64,000 nt of DNA from an uncultured Chloroflexia bacterium (GCA_963814375.1 CAWFCQ010000005.1:160001-224000), one strand, 5' to 3'. Counted from the first letter of the stretch, positions 44,474 to 61,152 are shown. Notes: generated by a model from the sequence alone, not told the origin. Made by a program: numbers and translations.

Positions 44474-45633
44474 CAGGCCGGAAGGAAACAGAGGCACGCC
44501 TCCGAGGCCATCAGCCTCCCCGCCGGCGTGAGGCGCAGCCGGTCGGCGCTGATCTCGATCAGCCGATCGGTGTCAGCCTCGGCCAGCGGGCCCGCGAAGC
44601 GCTCCAGCGGATCGGCGCCGAACTCGGCGGCAAAGGCATCGCGCTCGACTCCGTCGATCCGCCGCAGGCCGAGCGCCATCGCCTCGAAGGCACGCGTCCC
44701 CTCGTCGAGCCGGTCGACGCCGGCGATCGGGCGGTGGCCGTCCTCGATCGCGGCGAGGTACTTGTCGAGGTCCCGCGCGTTCCACGAACGTTCTTCCCCG
44801 CCGTCGTACGAGTGAGCGCCTGCGCCGATGCCCGTGTACGCGGTTCGTGCCCAGTAGCCGGCGTTGTGGCGCGACTCGCGACCCGGGCGTGCCCACGAGC
44901 TGAGCTCATAGTGCCGATAGCCAGCAGCACCGAGCACCCGCTCCGCGAGCCGATACTGCTCGGCCGCGAGCCCGTCGTCCTGTCGCGGCGCCATCTGCGA
45001 CCGCCATCGCAGCGCGCCGGGTCGCGGCGGCGCAGCCCACTCGTCCGGCGCGAGCGCGAGCTGGAGCGCATAGCAGCTGACGTGGTCGGGCTCGAGCGCC
45101 ATCGCCGCCTCGAGGCCCTCCTGCCAGTCGCCGAGCGACTGACCCGGGATGCCATAGATGAGGTCGAGGCTGACGTTGTCGAACCCCGCCGCGCGCGCCG
45201 CGCCGAAGGCCGTACGCACCTCGCCGGCCGTGTGGCCGCGGGCGAGCGCCCTCAGATCGGCGTCTCGCAGCGACTGGGCGCCGAGGCTGATCCGGGTCAC
45301 TCCGGCATGCCGCAGCCCGGCCCAGTCCGGCGTCTCGCGCGTGCTCGGGTTCGCCTCCAGGGTGACCTCCTCGAGCGCCGCCGGCCATCGGTCCTTCGCC
45401 GCTGCGACGACGCGCCCGACCTGGTCGGCGCTCAGCAGCGACGGCGTCCCGCCGCCGAAGTAGATCGTGCGAAGCGCGCCCGGCGCATCGCGCAGCGCGA
45501 GCTCCGCCAGCAGCGCATCGGTGTAGCGCGGGATGTCGTCGGCCCTGCCGCCGACCGTCACGAAGTCGCAGTACGCGCACACCAGCCGGCAGAACGGCAC
45601 GTGGACGTAGAGATGGTGCGGGGCCAGATCCAT
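44473..45633 (-). CDS. hemW: Radical SAM heme chaperone HemW
   Basis: LYVHVPFCRLVCAYCDF, GGGTPS, LEANP, DLIYGIPGQ, HNAGYW. Lies between lepA and hrcA. Confidence 0.88.
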   Translation of the reverse strand: MDLAPHHLYVHVPFCRLVCAYCDFVTVGGRADDIPRYTDALLAELALRDAPGALRTIYFGGGTPSLLSADQVGRVVAAAKDRWPAALEEVTLEANPSTRETPDWAGLRHAGVTRISLGAQSLRDADLRALARGHTAGEVRTAFGAARAAGFDNVSLDLIYGIPGQSLGDWQEGLEAAMALEPDHVSCYALQLALAPDEWAAPPRPGALRWRSQMAPRQDDGLAAEQYRLAERVLGAAGYRHYELSSWARPGRESRHNAGYWARTAYTGIGAGAHSYDGGEERSWNARDLDKYLAAIEDGHRPIAGVDRLDEGTRAFEAMALGLRRIDGVERDAFAAEFGADPLERFAGPLAEADTDRLIEISADRLRLTPAGRLMASEACLCFLPA

Positions 45634-45752
45634 GGTCGGAGTCTACGATCCACAGGTCGTTCAAACTGGCACAAGCGAGACAGGATGGTCGCATCGAGAC
45701 GACGACCCGGCAGCGCACAGGCTCTGATGAATACCCCAACTGACGAAGCGGC

Positions 45753-46340
45753 ATGAATTCGGCAGTCGGTCTGACGAGAGCGGGCGCGATTCTCATCGGG
45801 ATGCGGCTCATCGTTCCCGTCACCATCCTGCGTTGGCCTCTCCCCGGCGCGATCGCCTCGGCCGCCCTGGACGCCTCCGACGTGATCCTGGTCGACGTGA
45901 TCGCCAAAGCCCTGCGAACGCGTGCCGAGTTCGGGCCTGGCTATGTCCGACTCGACAAGTGGCTCGATTCGTATTACCTGGCAGTCGAGGCGATGGAGTC
46001 TCGGGGGTGGCCGGAGGTGCTTGAGCGCCGCATCGGTCTCGCCCTCGCGGTGCACCGAGTCGCAGGGGTTGCTGCATTCGAGGCAACGGGAGACCGACGG
46101 CTGCTCATGGCGTTCCCGAACCTGTTCGAGAACTTCTACTGGTATGTCCTGATCCGCCGACGGCGGGCACCGGGGCACGCCCTGAGAGGCATCGGCGAAG
46201 CGGCGCGGGCGCTGGCTGTCCTCCTAGTCCCAAAACTCGCCCAGGAGTGGCTCCTCCATGTCGCCGGGATACGCCCGTGGCAGCTCGCCAAGGCCGCAAT
46301 GGGCAGGTGGCAAGGGACGAACAGGGTCCGAACCGGGTGA
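45753..46340 (+). CDS. Hypothetical membrane protein
   Basis: 195-aa ORF with hydrophobic segments and YVRLDKWLD, FPNLFE, PKLAQEWLLH. Confidence 0.65.
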   Translation: MNSAVGLTRAGAILIGMRLIVPVTILRWPLPGAIASAALDASDVILVDVIAKALRTRAEFGPGYVRLDKWLDSYYLAVEAMESRGWPEVLERRIGLALAVHRVAGVAAFEATGDRRLLMAFPNLFENFYWYVLIRRRRAPGHALRGIGEAARALAVLLVPKLAQEWLLHVAGIRPWQLAKAAMGRWQGTNRVRTG

Positions 46341-46455
46341 GCCCGCCCAACGACCGTTCGGGTGCTGAGGGAGGTCGAGGTTGGGCTCGGCAGCCGGTCT
46401 CGCCCGCCCGCCGGGCGAGCCGGGCGGACGAGCGTCCCCACTCCCCCATCGGCAC

Positions 46456-47118
46456 CTAGATCGGTCGCTGCCGCAGGCGCCCTCCGGCGAACCCGAAGAG
46501 GCTCATGGTCACCGCGAAGTGGCCGACGATGGCCGGGATGATCGAGCCCGTCTCGTAGGTGACCACCCCGGCGGCCCAGCCCAGAAGCACCGAGCCGGCG
46601 AGGAAGTACCAGTCACGATCTCGCCATGCGCGCCGGTTGGCGAGGCCATAGAGCACCGCCTGGACGGCGATGGCCCAGCCCGGCGGGACACCCGCGAACA
46701 GCAGCATGCCGAGCACGATCGAGCGGAACTGAAGCTCCTCGCTGACCGCGTTGGCCGCGGCGCCCAGCACGCGCGAGGGCAGCAGCTCGATCGGGAGCGG
46801 GAGGATGCTGCCGTAGCGCAGGAACGCGAACGCCACCGCGTTGGCGATGGCGATCACCACGAAGGTCAGCATGATCGGCAGCATCTCGTCGGTCTGGCCG
46901 CCGGTGAGGAAGAGCTGCTCGCGCCCCGATGGCAGGATCACGGCGATGCCGATGGTGAAGCCGACCACGAGGATGTAGTAGCTGACCGGCCCCATCCATG
47001 GGGTCCGATAGCGGTAGTAGTCGCTCCGCACGATCCGCTCCGAGTCGAAGCGGAGAAGGACGAGGAAGATGGTCAGGCCGAGGGCGATCGCGAGCCGCAG
47101 CGATTCGAGGAAGTCCAC
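46456..47118 (-). CDS. CPBP (Abi/CAAX) family intramembrane protease-like protein
   Basis: Multi-TM with SEELQFR and [11 protein letters not shown] motifs. Confidence 0.8.
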   Translation of the reverse strand: MDFLESLRLAIALGLTIFLVLLRFDSERIVRSDYYRYRTPWMGPVSYYILVVGFTIGIAVILPSGREQLFLTGGQTDEMLPIMLTFVVIAIANAVAFAFLRYGSILPLPIELLPSRVLGAAANAVSEELQFRSIVLGMLLFAGVPPGWAIAVQAVLYGLANRRAWRDRDWYFLAGSVLLGWAAGVVTYETGSIIPAIVGHFAVTMSLFGFAGGRLRQRPI

Positions 47119-48933
<1,815 letters not shown>

Positions 48934-48984
48934 GGCGGCGAGTCTAGCGGAGCACCGCCGGCATCACCGCTGCGGCTGGCGGGG

Positions 48985-50901
48985 TCAGCCTCCGGGCGTC
49001 GCGGGCGGGGCGTCGCCGGTGCCGGCGGTCGCGGTGTCGTCGTCCGCCGGCGGGGCGGCCGAAGCGGCCGTCGGGCCGACTGCCGTGATGCCGTTCACCG
49101 TGCGGTAGGAGCTGAAGTACGTGTTCTGGTGCAGGAGCGAGCCGTCGGCGGCGTAGACGTAGCGGGTGCGAGTCACGTCGTGACCGTTGTGGGGGAACTC
49201 GACGCGGCGCGCCGTGCCGGGGGCCATCGACGGGTCGACCACCCTCGTCTCGGTCGCGGTGCGGTGGTTGCTCGTGGCCGGGTCGGTCAGCACCACGCTG
49301 CGCCCGGTCGGGACAGTCCAGATCTGGAAGGTGACGAACCCGTTGCCGCCGAAGCCACGGATGACGATCGGGTTGGCGGTGTCGTTGCGGAACGTCATGT
49401 CCTGGACCCAGTTGTCGTCCATGTAGACCGTCGCGTCGAGCCCGTCGGGATAGCGATCGATGTAGTAGTAGTGGTTGGCCCGGATCCCCATCTCGAGCCC
49501 GGCCCGCAGCGCCGCGTTGAATACCGTGGTCGAGGTTGAGCAGATGCCGCCGCCGATCGCGCCGCCACGAACGCTGCGCCCGCCGATGATGACGCCGCCG
49601 TACTGGAAGCCACGCTCGACCGTGACCGGCCCGATGGAGTCCCAGAAGCTGAACCACTCGCCCGGCACGAGGTTGCGACCGTCGATGTCGAAGGCCGGGA
49701 TGTTGATGTTGTTGCCGAACCCGTTGCCCTCGCCGGGAACGTAGTTCGTCGTCCAGCTGGAGACGAGCTGCATCTGGGGTCGCGCCGCCGTCGCCTCGGC
49801 CGTGGTCAGCGCGGGCTCCGTGACCTGGACGGCCATCGCCAGCGACGCCGCCGATGTGCCTCCCGCCCGCTCCCTCAGCGTCGCCAGCAGCGCTGACGCC
49901 GTCTCGTCGACGATGAGCTCGCGACCGTCCTGGCCGGCGATCACCCCGCCGAGCCCGCCGCCGGCCGCGACGGCAATCTGCGCGTTGACCGGATTGCGAT
50001 CGACCTTGCCCTCGAGGGCGGCAACCGCGTCGGTCAGGGCTCCGGCGTCGATGCGCGCGGCGTAGTGCTGCTCGCCCTCGGGCCCGAAGCTCAGCCAGGC
50101 GGCGATGGTCGCGGGCGCGATCGTAAGAGGCTCCTCGCCCTCGGCGCCGGCGATCGTCAGCGCGAGCGGGGTGGCCATCGCGGTCGCGGCATCCGCGGCG
50201 GCCTGCGCCATCGGCGTGTCGACGATCGGCGGTACGACGGCCGCCTCGAGAGCCACGGTCACATCGTCGGGGCTGGCGGTGTCGACGGCCGCCGCCAGCG
50301 CTGTGGAGACCTCCTCGGCCCCGAGCTTGACTCCCTCCTCGGACGGCCTCACGTTGAAAGCTGTGCCGTCCGGGGTCACGGCCGCCTCGAGCGGCGGGTG
50401 GCTCACATCGCTGGCGATGTCGTCGGCGATTGCAGCCAGGGCATCGGTGTCGTACGGGTGGACGATGACCGGCAACGCGGTCTGATGCGCCAGGGTCCGC
50501 AAGCGGCCGATGCCGTCGGCGAGCGGATCTCCGCCGCGGCCGACGGCGAAGGCGGCGTCGAGCATCTGGTCCATCTCGTAGCCGCGCCCCAGGTCGGCGA
50601 AGGCGACGGTGGTCTCGGTTCCGTCGACCACCACGACGGCCTCCCCGGCGTCGAGCACCGGAAGCTCGGCGGTAAGGCGCTCCGCGGCGGCAGCGCGATC
50701 GAGACCGGCGATATCGACCCCGCCGACGCTCACGCCGGCCATGGCGTTCTGCCCAGTGGTCAGCGCAACGGCCACCGATGTGCCGAGGAGGACGAGGAGG
50801 CCGACGATCATCGTCCCGCCGAATCCGACGAGCAACGAACGCCGCGCGAGGGGCGTGGCCACCGGTCGCATGAAGCGGCGGGGCAGGGTGGCGGTGGTCA
50901 T
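48985..50901 (-). CDS. VanW-family protein with peptidoglycan-binding repeats (start could be 50982)
   Basis: N-terminal TM, GVSVGGVDIAGL, C-terminal PGEWFSF, GGGICS.STT.FNAAL, GLDATV, FRNDT. Confidence 0.85.
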   Translation of the reverse strand: MTTATLPRRFMRPVATPLARRSLLVGFGGTMIVGLLVLLGTSVAVALTTGQNAMAGVSVGGVDIAGLDRAAAAERLTAELPVLDAGEAVVVVDGTETTVAFADLGRGYEMDQMLDAAFAVGRGGDPLADGIGRLRTLAHQTALPVIVHPYDTDALAAIADDIASDVSHPPLEAAVTPDGTAFNVRPSEEGVKLGAEEVSTALAAAVDTASPDDVTVALEAAVVPPIVDTPMAQAAADAATAMATPLALTIAGAEGEEPLTIAPATIAAWLSFGPEGEQHYAARIDAGALTDAVAALEGKVDRNPVNAQIAVAAGGGLGGVIAGQDGRELIVDETASALLATLRERAGGTSAASLAMAVQVTEPALTTAEATAARPQMQLVSSWTTNYVPGEGNGFGNNINIPAFDIDGRNLVPGEWFSFWDSIGPVTVERGFQYGGVIIGGRSVRGGAIGGGICSTSTTVFNAALRAGLEMGIRANHYYYIDRYPDGLDATVYMDDNWVQDMTFRNDTANPIVIRGFGGNGFVTFQIWTVPTGRSVVLTDPATSNHRTATETRVVDPSMAPGTARRVEFPHNGHDVTRTRYVYAADGSLLHQNTYFSSYRTVNGITAVGPTAASAAPPADDDTATAGTGDAPPATPGG

Positions 50902-51206
50902 GAGGTCTGGCTCGGGAGACGCGCGAGGATCCGCGATCGTTGCGTCGATCGGAAGGCGTCGCACCTCGTGGATCGGCGACATCCGGCGGCGGACCGGACA
51001 TCTCCCAGGCTCGATTGTCTCTCCGATGCGGACCCGTGCGGCGCCAGGGCCGAAGCGCCGATGGCGGTCGCGCGGATTGTCGCCGCTCGGCGCCCATACG
51101 TCCAGTCGCCCATTCGTCGTGCCGCTGCTATACTCCCGACTCCGCCGGCGCTCCCGTCAGTGGCGAGCCCGCGCGCGTTGGATTACATCTGATCTGAGGA
51201 CCATAC

Positions 51207-54231
<3,025 letters not shown>

Positions 54232-54237
54232 CGGGGC

Positions 54238-55248
54238 CTAGAGCCGCTCGGCCATGAACGCGGCCAGGTCGGCGACCCGGCTCGAGTACCCCCACTCGTT
54301 GTCGTACCAGGCGATGACCTTCAGCAGCCGATCGCCAGTCACCATCGTCGAGGCCCCGTCGACGATGCTCGAACGGTCGTCGCCCTTGAAGTCCATGCTG
54401 ACCAGCTCCTCGCTGGTGAAGCCGAGCAGGCCCTGCATCGGTCCGTCCGCAGCCGCGCGAAGCGCCTCGTTGGCGGACTCGGCGCTGACGGGGCGCTCGG
54501 TGATCGCGACGAAGTCGATCACGCTTACGGTCGGCGTCGGAACGCGCAGTGAGAACCCGTCGAACTTTCCCTTGAGCTCGGGTATGACGAGGGCCAGCGC
54601 CTTCGCGGCGCCCGTGGAGGTCGGGATGATGTTCTGGCCCGCGCTTCGGGCGCGACGCAGATCCTTGTGGAAGACGTCGAGCACGTTCTGGTCGTTGGTG
54701 TAGCTGTGGACCGTCGTCATCAGGCCGTGCTCGATGCCGAACGAGTCGAAAATGACCTTGGCCGGCAGCGCCAGCCCGTTGGTCGTGCAGCTGGCGTTGC
54801 TGACGACGTGATGGCGCTCGGGATCGTAGGCGTCCTCGTTCACGCCGAGCACGAGCGTGACATCCTCGTTCTTGGCAGGCGCCGAGATGATCACCTTCTT
54901 CGCGCCGGCCTCGCGGTGCGCGGCGGCCTTCGTCGCATCGGTGAAGATGCCGGTCGACTCGACGACGATGTCGACACCGAGGTCCGCCCACGGCAGCGCC
55001 GCCGGGTCCTTCTCGCTGAACGACCTGATCGAGTGGCCGTCGACGATGATCTCGTTCTCGCCCGCTGTGACCTCGCCGTCGAAGCGGCCGTAGGTCGAGT
55101 CGTACTTGAACAGGTGGGCGTTCGTCTCGTCGTCCGCCAGATCGTTGATGGCGACGACCTCGAGCGCGTCCGGGTGGCGCTCCAGGACCGCCTTGAGCGT
55201 CTGGCGGCCGATGCGGCCGAAGCCATTGATGCCGATCCGGGTCGTCAC
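54238..55248 (-). CDS. gap: Type I glyceraldehyde-3-phosphate dehydrogenase
   Basis: [36 protein letters not shown]. Confidence 0.98.
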   Translation of the reverse strand: MTTRIGINGFGRIGRQTLKAVLERHPDALEVVAINDLADDETNAHLFKYDSTYGRFDGEVTAGENEIIVDGHSIRSFSEKDPAALPWADLGVDIVVESTGIFTDATKAAAHREAGAKKVIISAPAKNEDVTLVLGVNEDAYDPERHHVVSNASCTTNGLALPAKVIFDSFGIEHGLMTTVHSYTNDQNVLDVFHKDLRRARSAGQNIIPTSTGAAKALALVIPELKGKFDGFSLRVPTPTVSVIDFVAITERPVSAESANEALRAAADGPMQGLLGFTSEELVSMDFKGDDRSSIVDGASTMVTGDRLLKVIAWYDNEWGYSSRVADLAAFMAERL

Positions 55249-56297
55249 GAAGAGGGTGCTCCTTGCTGCATGGCGGCCGTTCGAGACCGATGCGACCCGG
55301 TCAGGTAGGCCGGATCGCCGAGGCGATCATTGACGATCGGCAGGCTGCCGATCAGCGAGACATCGGCGCCAAGCTCGGCCGGCTCGATGCGCACATTGTC
55401 GAGATGGATCGGGAACGCGCGGCGGCGAAGCTCCTCGCGTGCGACCACGAAGAGGCGCGGGTGGTGCTCGGCGATGCTGCCGCCGATGACGATCACCTCC
55501 GGCTCGAGCAGGTTGACGAGCGTCGCACACGTTGCGCCGATCGCGACCCATGCCCGTTCGAGCAGGGCGGCGGACGCGACATCCCCCTCCTCCGCCGCTC
55601 GTGCCACGAGCTCGGCGTCGACCTCGGCCCCCTCTGCCGCGAGCCGACCCAGCGGCGTCCCATCGGCGGCGCCGCTCTCGACCAGAGCGCGACCCTCGCG
55701 AGCGAGCGCGGTTCCCGAGGCAATCGCCTCCACGTGTCCATATCCGCCGCAGCCGCACTGCGGGCCGTCGAGATCGACGGTCATGTGCCCGATCTCGCCG
55801 GCCTTTCCGCCGGGGCCCACCTGGGGACGTCCGTCGACGATGATGCCGCCACCGATGCCGGTCGAGACCGTGATGTAGATGGCATTGCGCGTGCCGCGGG
55901 CGGCGCCGTACCGCCATTCGGCCATGACCGCCACGTTGGTGTCACGCTCCAGAAAGGCCGGCATGTCGAGGCCATCGGCGAGGCGCGCACCGAGCGGGAT
56001 CTCGCTCCATCCGGCGAGGTTGGGCGGCGAGATGACGACGCCACGCCAGGGGTCGAGCGGCCCGGGAGACGAGATGCCGACGCCGACCGGAGCCGGAAGG
56101 CCCTGGCCCGCCGCGTCGTCACGCACCGTCGCGGCGGCATCCACGATCCTGGCGATGACGGACTCGATCCCCTCCTCGTCATCGGTCGGCACCGCGCGCC
56201 GAGCATGAACGCTCCGATCGGGGGTAATGAGGGCCGCGCGGATCTGGGTGCCGCCGAGATCGACCGCCAGGACCGGCCGTTCGGCTGAGCTCTCCAC
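55245..56297 (-). CDS. ROK family sugar kinase (glucokinase-like)
   Basis: [35 protein letters not shown] overlap with gap. Confidence 0.9.
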   Translation of the reverse strand: MESSAERPVLAVDLGGTQIRAALITPDRSVHARRAVPTDDEEGIESVIARIVDAAATVRDDAAGQGLPAPVGVGISSPGPLDPWRGVVISPPNLAGWSEIPLGARLADGLDMPAFLERDTNVAVMAEWRYGAARGTRNAIYITVSTGIGGGIIVDGRPQVGPGGKAGEIGHMTVDLDGPQCGCGGYGHVEAIASGTALAREGRALVESGAADGTPLGRLAAEGAEVDAELVARAAEEGDVASAALLERAWVAIGATCATLVNLLEPEVIVIGGSIAEHHPRLFVVAREELRRRAFPIHLDNVRIEPAELGADVSLIGSLPIVNDRLGDPAYLTGSHRSRTAAMQQGAPSS

Positions 56298-56350
56298 CAC
56301 GTTCATTCTAGCCGCCTCCGGGGCCGGAGCCCGCAGCGCGGACAACGAGA

Positions 56351-56380
56351 AGGCGCGCCGGCAGGAGTGCCGACGCGCCT
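56351..56380 (-). terminator. Hairpin downstream of the small zinc-finger gene
   Basis: AGGCGCGCCGGCA-ggag-TGCCGACGCGCCT with one mismatch. Confidence 0.55.
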
Positions 56381-56405
56381 CAATGCGCTCGAGAAGTACG
56401 GGGCG

Positions 56406-56549
56406 TCAGCCGCCGATCTTGAACATCTTGGTGCCGCAGACCGGGCAGGTGCCCTGTGTCGCCGGCTTGCCATTCTTCATGGTGATCTTGGTCGCGTCCT
56501 GCATGTCGCGCTTCGCCTTGCACTTGACGCAGTATGCCTCGGTCGCCAT
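56406..56549 (-). CDS. Small zinc-ribbon protein (DUF5679-like, 47 aa)
   Basis: MATEAYCVKCK...MKNGKPATQGTCPVCGTKMFKIGG. AAGGAGG RBS. Confidence 0.85.
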   Translation of the reverse strand: MATEAYCVKCKAKRDMQDATKITMKNGKPATQGTCPVCGTKMFKIGG

Positions 56550-56601
56550 TGGTGCTCGTGCCTCCTTGTGGCCGGCAATCGTCGCCGGACAATGCCTTTT
56601 G

Positions 56602-57447
56602 CTACCCGCCAGTCGATCGATCAGACCTCCGCGACAGGGCGTTGATCTCCCCGCCATCGGTGTCGACCTGCCACAGCAGGTGGATGCCGGCCAGTCCGGC
56701 ATCGATGCAGCGTGCCTCCGCGGCCTCCTTCGCCGCGCCTTCGAGGAACGTGCCGTCCGTCCGCTGTGCGTAGGCCGCACAAACGGTGCCGGACCGCAGT
56801 CCCGCAAGATGAGCCAGCACGAAGAGTGCCGACGACTCCATCTCGAGGTTCGCCACACGCTGGCGGCGAAGCTCGTCTGCGAGATCAGGATAACGAACGG
56901 GGAGCGTGCGCATCGCACGTCCCTGCGGAGCGTAAAACCCGCTGGCCGTCGCTGTCAGGCCCAGGTGGTGGCGAAACTCCAGCCGAATACATGCCGCCTC
57001 CAGTGCCGAGACGACATCCCGGTGGGCAATCGCCGGGAACCCGGGGTGGACGTAGAAGTCGGTCGTGTTCTCCAGGCGCACGGCGCCCGTCGACACGATG
57101 AGGTCCCCGAGCTCGATCTCCGGCTGCAGCGCGCCGGAGGAGCCGATGCGGATGAAGGTGGCGGCGTCGGTGATCTCCATCACCTCGGCAAGCACGATCT
57201 CGACGTTGTCGGTGCCCATCCCGGTCGACATGCAGCTGACGCGCATGCCGCGATAGGTTCCGGTGGCGGTCGTGATCTCGCGGTTGCTTCGCTCGAGCTC
57301 GATCGCATCCCAGCGTGACGAGACCTTCGCCACTCGTCCGGGGTCGCCGACGAGGAGCACGTATTCGGACAGCTCGCCGCGCTCGAGGCCGATGTGGTAC
57401 TGGCGCTCACCGGTCTTCGGCGCGTCTGCCTGGGTCAGCTGGGTCAA
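56602..57447 (-). CDS. udp: Uridine/nucleoside phosphorylase
   Basis: QYHIGL, VGDPGRV, NRE, STGMG, IRIGSSGALQ, GFYAPQGR, NLEMESS. TTG start at 57447. Confidence 0.88.
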   Translation of the reverse strand: MTQLTQADAPKTGERQYHIGLERGELSEYVLLVGDPGRVAKVSSRWDAIELERSNREITTATGTYRGMRVSCMSTGMGTDNVEIVLAEVMEITDAATFIRIGSSGALQPEIELGDLIVSTGAVRLENTTDFYVHPGFPAIAHRDVVSALEAACIRLEFRHHLGLTATASGFYAPQGRAMRTLPVRYPDLADELRRQRVANLEMESSALFVLAHLAGLRSGTVCAAYAQRTDGTFLEGAAKEAAEARCIDAGLAGIHLLWQVDTDGGEINALSRRSDRSTGG

Positions 57448-57495
57448 GACCCGCCCTCGTGCGTGAACGCGCGGGAGTATACGCCGCACGCACGC

Positions 57496-60355
57496 TCACG
57501 GGCCGCGCTCGCGCGGCAGCCCCACGAGCGTGAGCCGAGGCGGTTCGTCATCGTCCGCAGAGCTCGGTGCCGACGCCGCCTCGCCCGACCCGGCCGCCAG
57601 CGGCGGCGTTCCCTGATGTCGCCAGGCAAGAGTGCCCGCGATCGTGACCAGCGCTGCGATGCCCAGCAACCCGGCGGCGAGGACGTTCCCGGCGCCCTGT
57701 CCATGCAGGCTGGCGGCAGCCTGGGCGGCAGCGCCGTCCACCGTGCCCTTCCCGATCGAGTCGCTCCCACGGGATCGCAGGAGCGCCGGAGCGGGACGCA
57801 GGCCACCGCACGGGACCAGGATGCGCCCCGGGTCACTCAGGCCGATGCCGGTCACGGCGGCCACGCCACTCGGCCGACGCTGCTCGTCACCGCACCTGAT
57901 GTCGAGCGCGACCCCGAGCCGCTCGAGATGGAGCGTCGGCTGCCGCGCGGGTCCGGCGACACGGCCCACGACGGCGACCCACGCCGGGGATGCGCCCGGC
58001 GAGAGCGAGGCACGTGGGCTTGCCGGCTGAGCCGTGCCGAGAAGGACGTCGTCCGGCTCGGTGCCGAGTGCCACCAGGGTGAGCCCCGTGACGGCGTGCG
58101 TGCCGACGCGTCGAAGTCCCTCGAGCTCGACGGCCACCGGTGGTCGCCGCGGGCCGAGGACCGCCCGGAGGCGCTGGAGAGAACCACGCTCGATGGCGAC
58201 GAGTCGCGCCCCGTCCCAGAGGAGCCCGGCCAGGCCGAGCTCCGGCCACGGCGCGACGACCAGGGTGGCCCCGATGCGCAGGCCATCCGCACCGGCGACA
58301 TCCAGCGCGTCGAGCCCCGCCGTCGGTTCACCCGAGGCCGGCCCGCCGTCATCGGATGACCCGGCGGAGCCGGATGGGCCGCCGGTCGCGCCCGCGACGA
58401 TGCGAAGGTCCGTGGTGCTCCGCGGCCAGACCCGGTAGCCACGCAGGGGCTGCGCCCCGGTCGTCTCCTGTCCCAGCGCGCCGACCACCTCGACCCACGC
58501 GCCGGCCACGAGGGAGTCGCGCTCGGCGCCGATCGCCGCTGAGACCGCGATCCGGAGCGGTCCGCTGCCGTCGTCGATCTCGAACGAGACGCTGCCACTC
58601 GATGCCTTTCGCGCGTTCGCGACCAGGGCGCCGCGCACCGTGACGAGGTGCGCCTCGAGCGCCTCCGCCGCGCTCCCGGTGCGGATCCGAGCCGGCGACG
58701 GAGGACTGCCCGATCCGATCTTGATCGGCGCCTCCGTCACGCGAATCGTCTCCATCCCGCTCTTCGTCGATCTCGTGCCGGCCACCTCCAAAAGCTGCCC
58801 CAGGGTCAGCCGGCCGACGTCATCGCCAAGCCGCAGCAGGATGGCGCCCGATCCGTCCTGGATGATTGCGGACGACTCGTCGACGACGCCGGTGGGAAGC
58901 GTCACGACGCCGCGCACGCGGGCACGGGCGTTCTTCGGGAGGGCTCGGGCGCCCTCGATGGTCAGCAGCGCGCCGGGGGCGGCGGACGACGCCGGGCTTT
59001 CGGTCGGGGAACCGGGCGGAATCGGGGTCGCTGTCGGGGAGCCGGGCTCGATGCGCATGATGTCGGCGGCGTCGCGCGGCATCACGCGATACCCCGCGGT
59101 GCCCGAGCCGGACGAGTCGCGCTGACCGGCGACCCCATTGAGCTCGAGCCCGACGCCGGCCTTCCAGATGGTGGTGTCGATCCCCGTGTCCGTGCCGACC
59201 AGCACGCGAGTCGGCCCGGATCCGTCGTCGACATCGAACGCCACGCCCGTGGTCAGGGTGGTCGCGCCGCCGATGATCGTCCCGGCGATACGCACCAGCT
59301 CCCCCTCGGCCTCCTCGCCAACCGACCCCGTCGGCACGAGCAGGGGTGCCGGGGCGGTTCCCGGCCCGACACGTCACGACGGCCTGACCATCGGCGCGCA
59401 GGGTGCGCTGGGCGAAGCGGTCGTCGATCTCGCCGGTGATGCGAAGCAGCGTGCCGCGCGTGAAGGCGCCATCGGTGACGAGCACCGCGATGCCGCCGCT
59501 GGCGTCGGCCACGAAGCCTCCCCCATCGTGGAAGCCGGACCCCGTGAGCGCGACGCCCTCGATCGTCAGCTCGGTCCCGTCGGCTGCCGAGCGCGCCGCG
59601 GCGATCGGCGTGGCGGGGGGCGGGATCGGCGTGGGCTCCGGTGGGACTGGAGTCGGGATGGGTGTTGGGACGGGCGGGATCGGCGTCGAGACCGGGTCGC
59701 CGCCGCCGGGCGCCGGGGTCGGCGGCGAGGTGAGGTTCTGTGGCTCGGGGACCACGCGCGCCACGAAGTCGGACGCGTTGTCGTCGGTGTCGTGTGACGA
59801 CCCGAGGTCTCCGCCCGGCAGCCGCTCGATGCTGCTACCGGCGTCCGGGACGACGGAAGAGTTTCCCTCGCGCCAGGTGCTGGTGGCCGTGCCCCATCCG
59901 ACGGCGTCGATCGCCGATGTTGCGCCCATGATCCGAATGGCGACGCTCCCGCCAGTCGCAGCCATACCGCTGGCGTAGAGCGCATCGGCGATCGGGGCGA
60001 AGGCACCGGCCTCGTTGGCGACGAGCACGTGTCCGCCCGGTGGGACGCTCGGGGCGCCGGCGTCCCACGCGGTCCGGCGGCTGATCGTCGCCCCGCTGGC
60101 AGTGACGTAGATCAGCTCCAGGCCTTCGAGCGGCAGCGACGACGCGGTGGGGTTGTGGAGCTCGATCAGCTCGTCCGATGCGCTCGCACCGCCGGTAACG
60201 ACCTCGCTGACCACGAGATGGTCCGCGGGCGCCGCGGTCGCGCCACCCGGAAGACCGAAAGGGATCGACAGGCTGCCGAGGACGATCAGGGCCAGGATCC
60301 AGGCGCGAGCGCGTCGGGATTGCAGGCGGGGCGAAGGCTGGACGGCAACGGGCAT
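57496..60355 (-). CDS. Secreted, membrane-anchored lamin-tail-domain protein with OB-fold-like repeats (frameshift near 59370)
   Basis: Signal peptide, HLVVSEV..GGASASDELIELHNP (LTD), Pro/Thr linkers, repeated IDDGSG/DASGGI OB-like units, C-terminal TM. ORFs 58820..60355 and 57496..59337. Confidence 0.78.
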
Positions 60356-60459
60356 GGCACACCTCGGTCGGAGGCGCGCAGGATGGGCAGCATCGCCGTT
60401 GCACGGTTACCGTGCGCTTACGGTCCGCTTATCGTCCGCTCCCGGTACAATCCCGCCCC

Positions 60460-61101
60460 ATGTCGTCACCACCGACCGACGATCGCACCGCATCCCGCGC
60501 CGAGGCGCGGCGACGCGCGCGGCTCGCTGCCCGCGGTGAGCTTCCGGCTGAGCCGGAGGTGGAAACGGACGAGCCGCAATCAAAGCCCAACTTCCTCCAG
60601 CGCATCTTCCCGCCCGCGCCGCCACTGCCCAACCGGCCCGATCCGCTTGCGGGCTTCGACCGGTCGGGGCCGCTGCGGCCGGTTCGCGAGCGGCTGTTCC
60701 TGCTCAGGCACAACCTGGTGGCGTGGCTCGTGATGGGCATCGTCGCGTTCCTCGGCTACATCGCCTCGTCGTTCTACGGCTCGAGCCTGCTCGGGCTCAT
60801 CGGCACCTTCGTGCTCTTCGGCTCGCTCATCGCCGCTGGGTGGCTCGGTTGGCAGCGGCCGCCGCTCTTCGGCACCGCGGCGGGCCTTATCGGATTCGTC
60901 CTGGCCGCCGGCTTCATCGTCTTCTCGTTCGCGCAGGCGGACGTGACGCCGGACACCTTTGGCTCGGCCGGGCAGTTCGCGACCCAGCTCGGGCTCCAGG
61001 CCTTCTACCAGGCCGGCCTGGGCTTCCTGGGCGGCTGGTACGGCGGCTATCTGCGGCGACGGCAGACCCAGCTGAGCGCGCAGAACCCCCGCCGTCGGTA
61101 A
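60460..61101 (+). CDS. Hypothetical membrane protein (4 TM)
   Basis: MSSPPTDD...; hydrophobic helices ending GGWYGGYLRRRQ. TACAAT 8 nt upstream. Confidence 0.75.
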   Translation: MSSPPTDDRTASRAEARRRARLAARGELPAEPEVETDEPQSKPNFLQRIFPPAPPLPNRPDPLAGFDRSGPLRPVRERLFLLRHNLVAWLVMGIVAFLGYIASSFYGSSLLGLIGTFVLFGSLIAAGWLGWQRPPLFGTAAGLIGFVLAAGFIVFSFAQADVTPDTFGSAGQFATQLGLQAFYQAGLGFLGGWYGGYLRRRQTQLSAQNPRRR

Positions 61102-61152
61102 GCGTCCGCTTGCTCGGATGCAACAGGGCACGAGACTTGCTAAGGTGTTACT

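Noticed and set aside
48985-50901. VanW gene as vancomycin resistance
   Set aside because: No vanHAX or vanRS genes nearby. VanW-domain proteins are widespread cell-envelope proteins.
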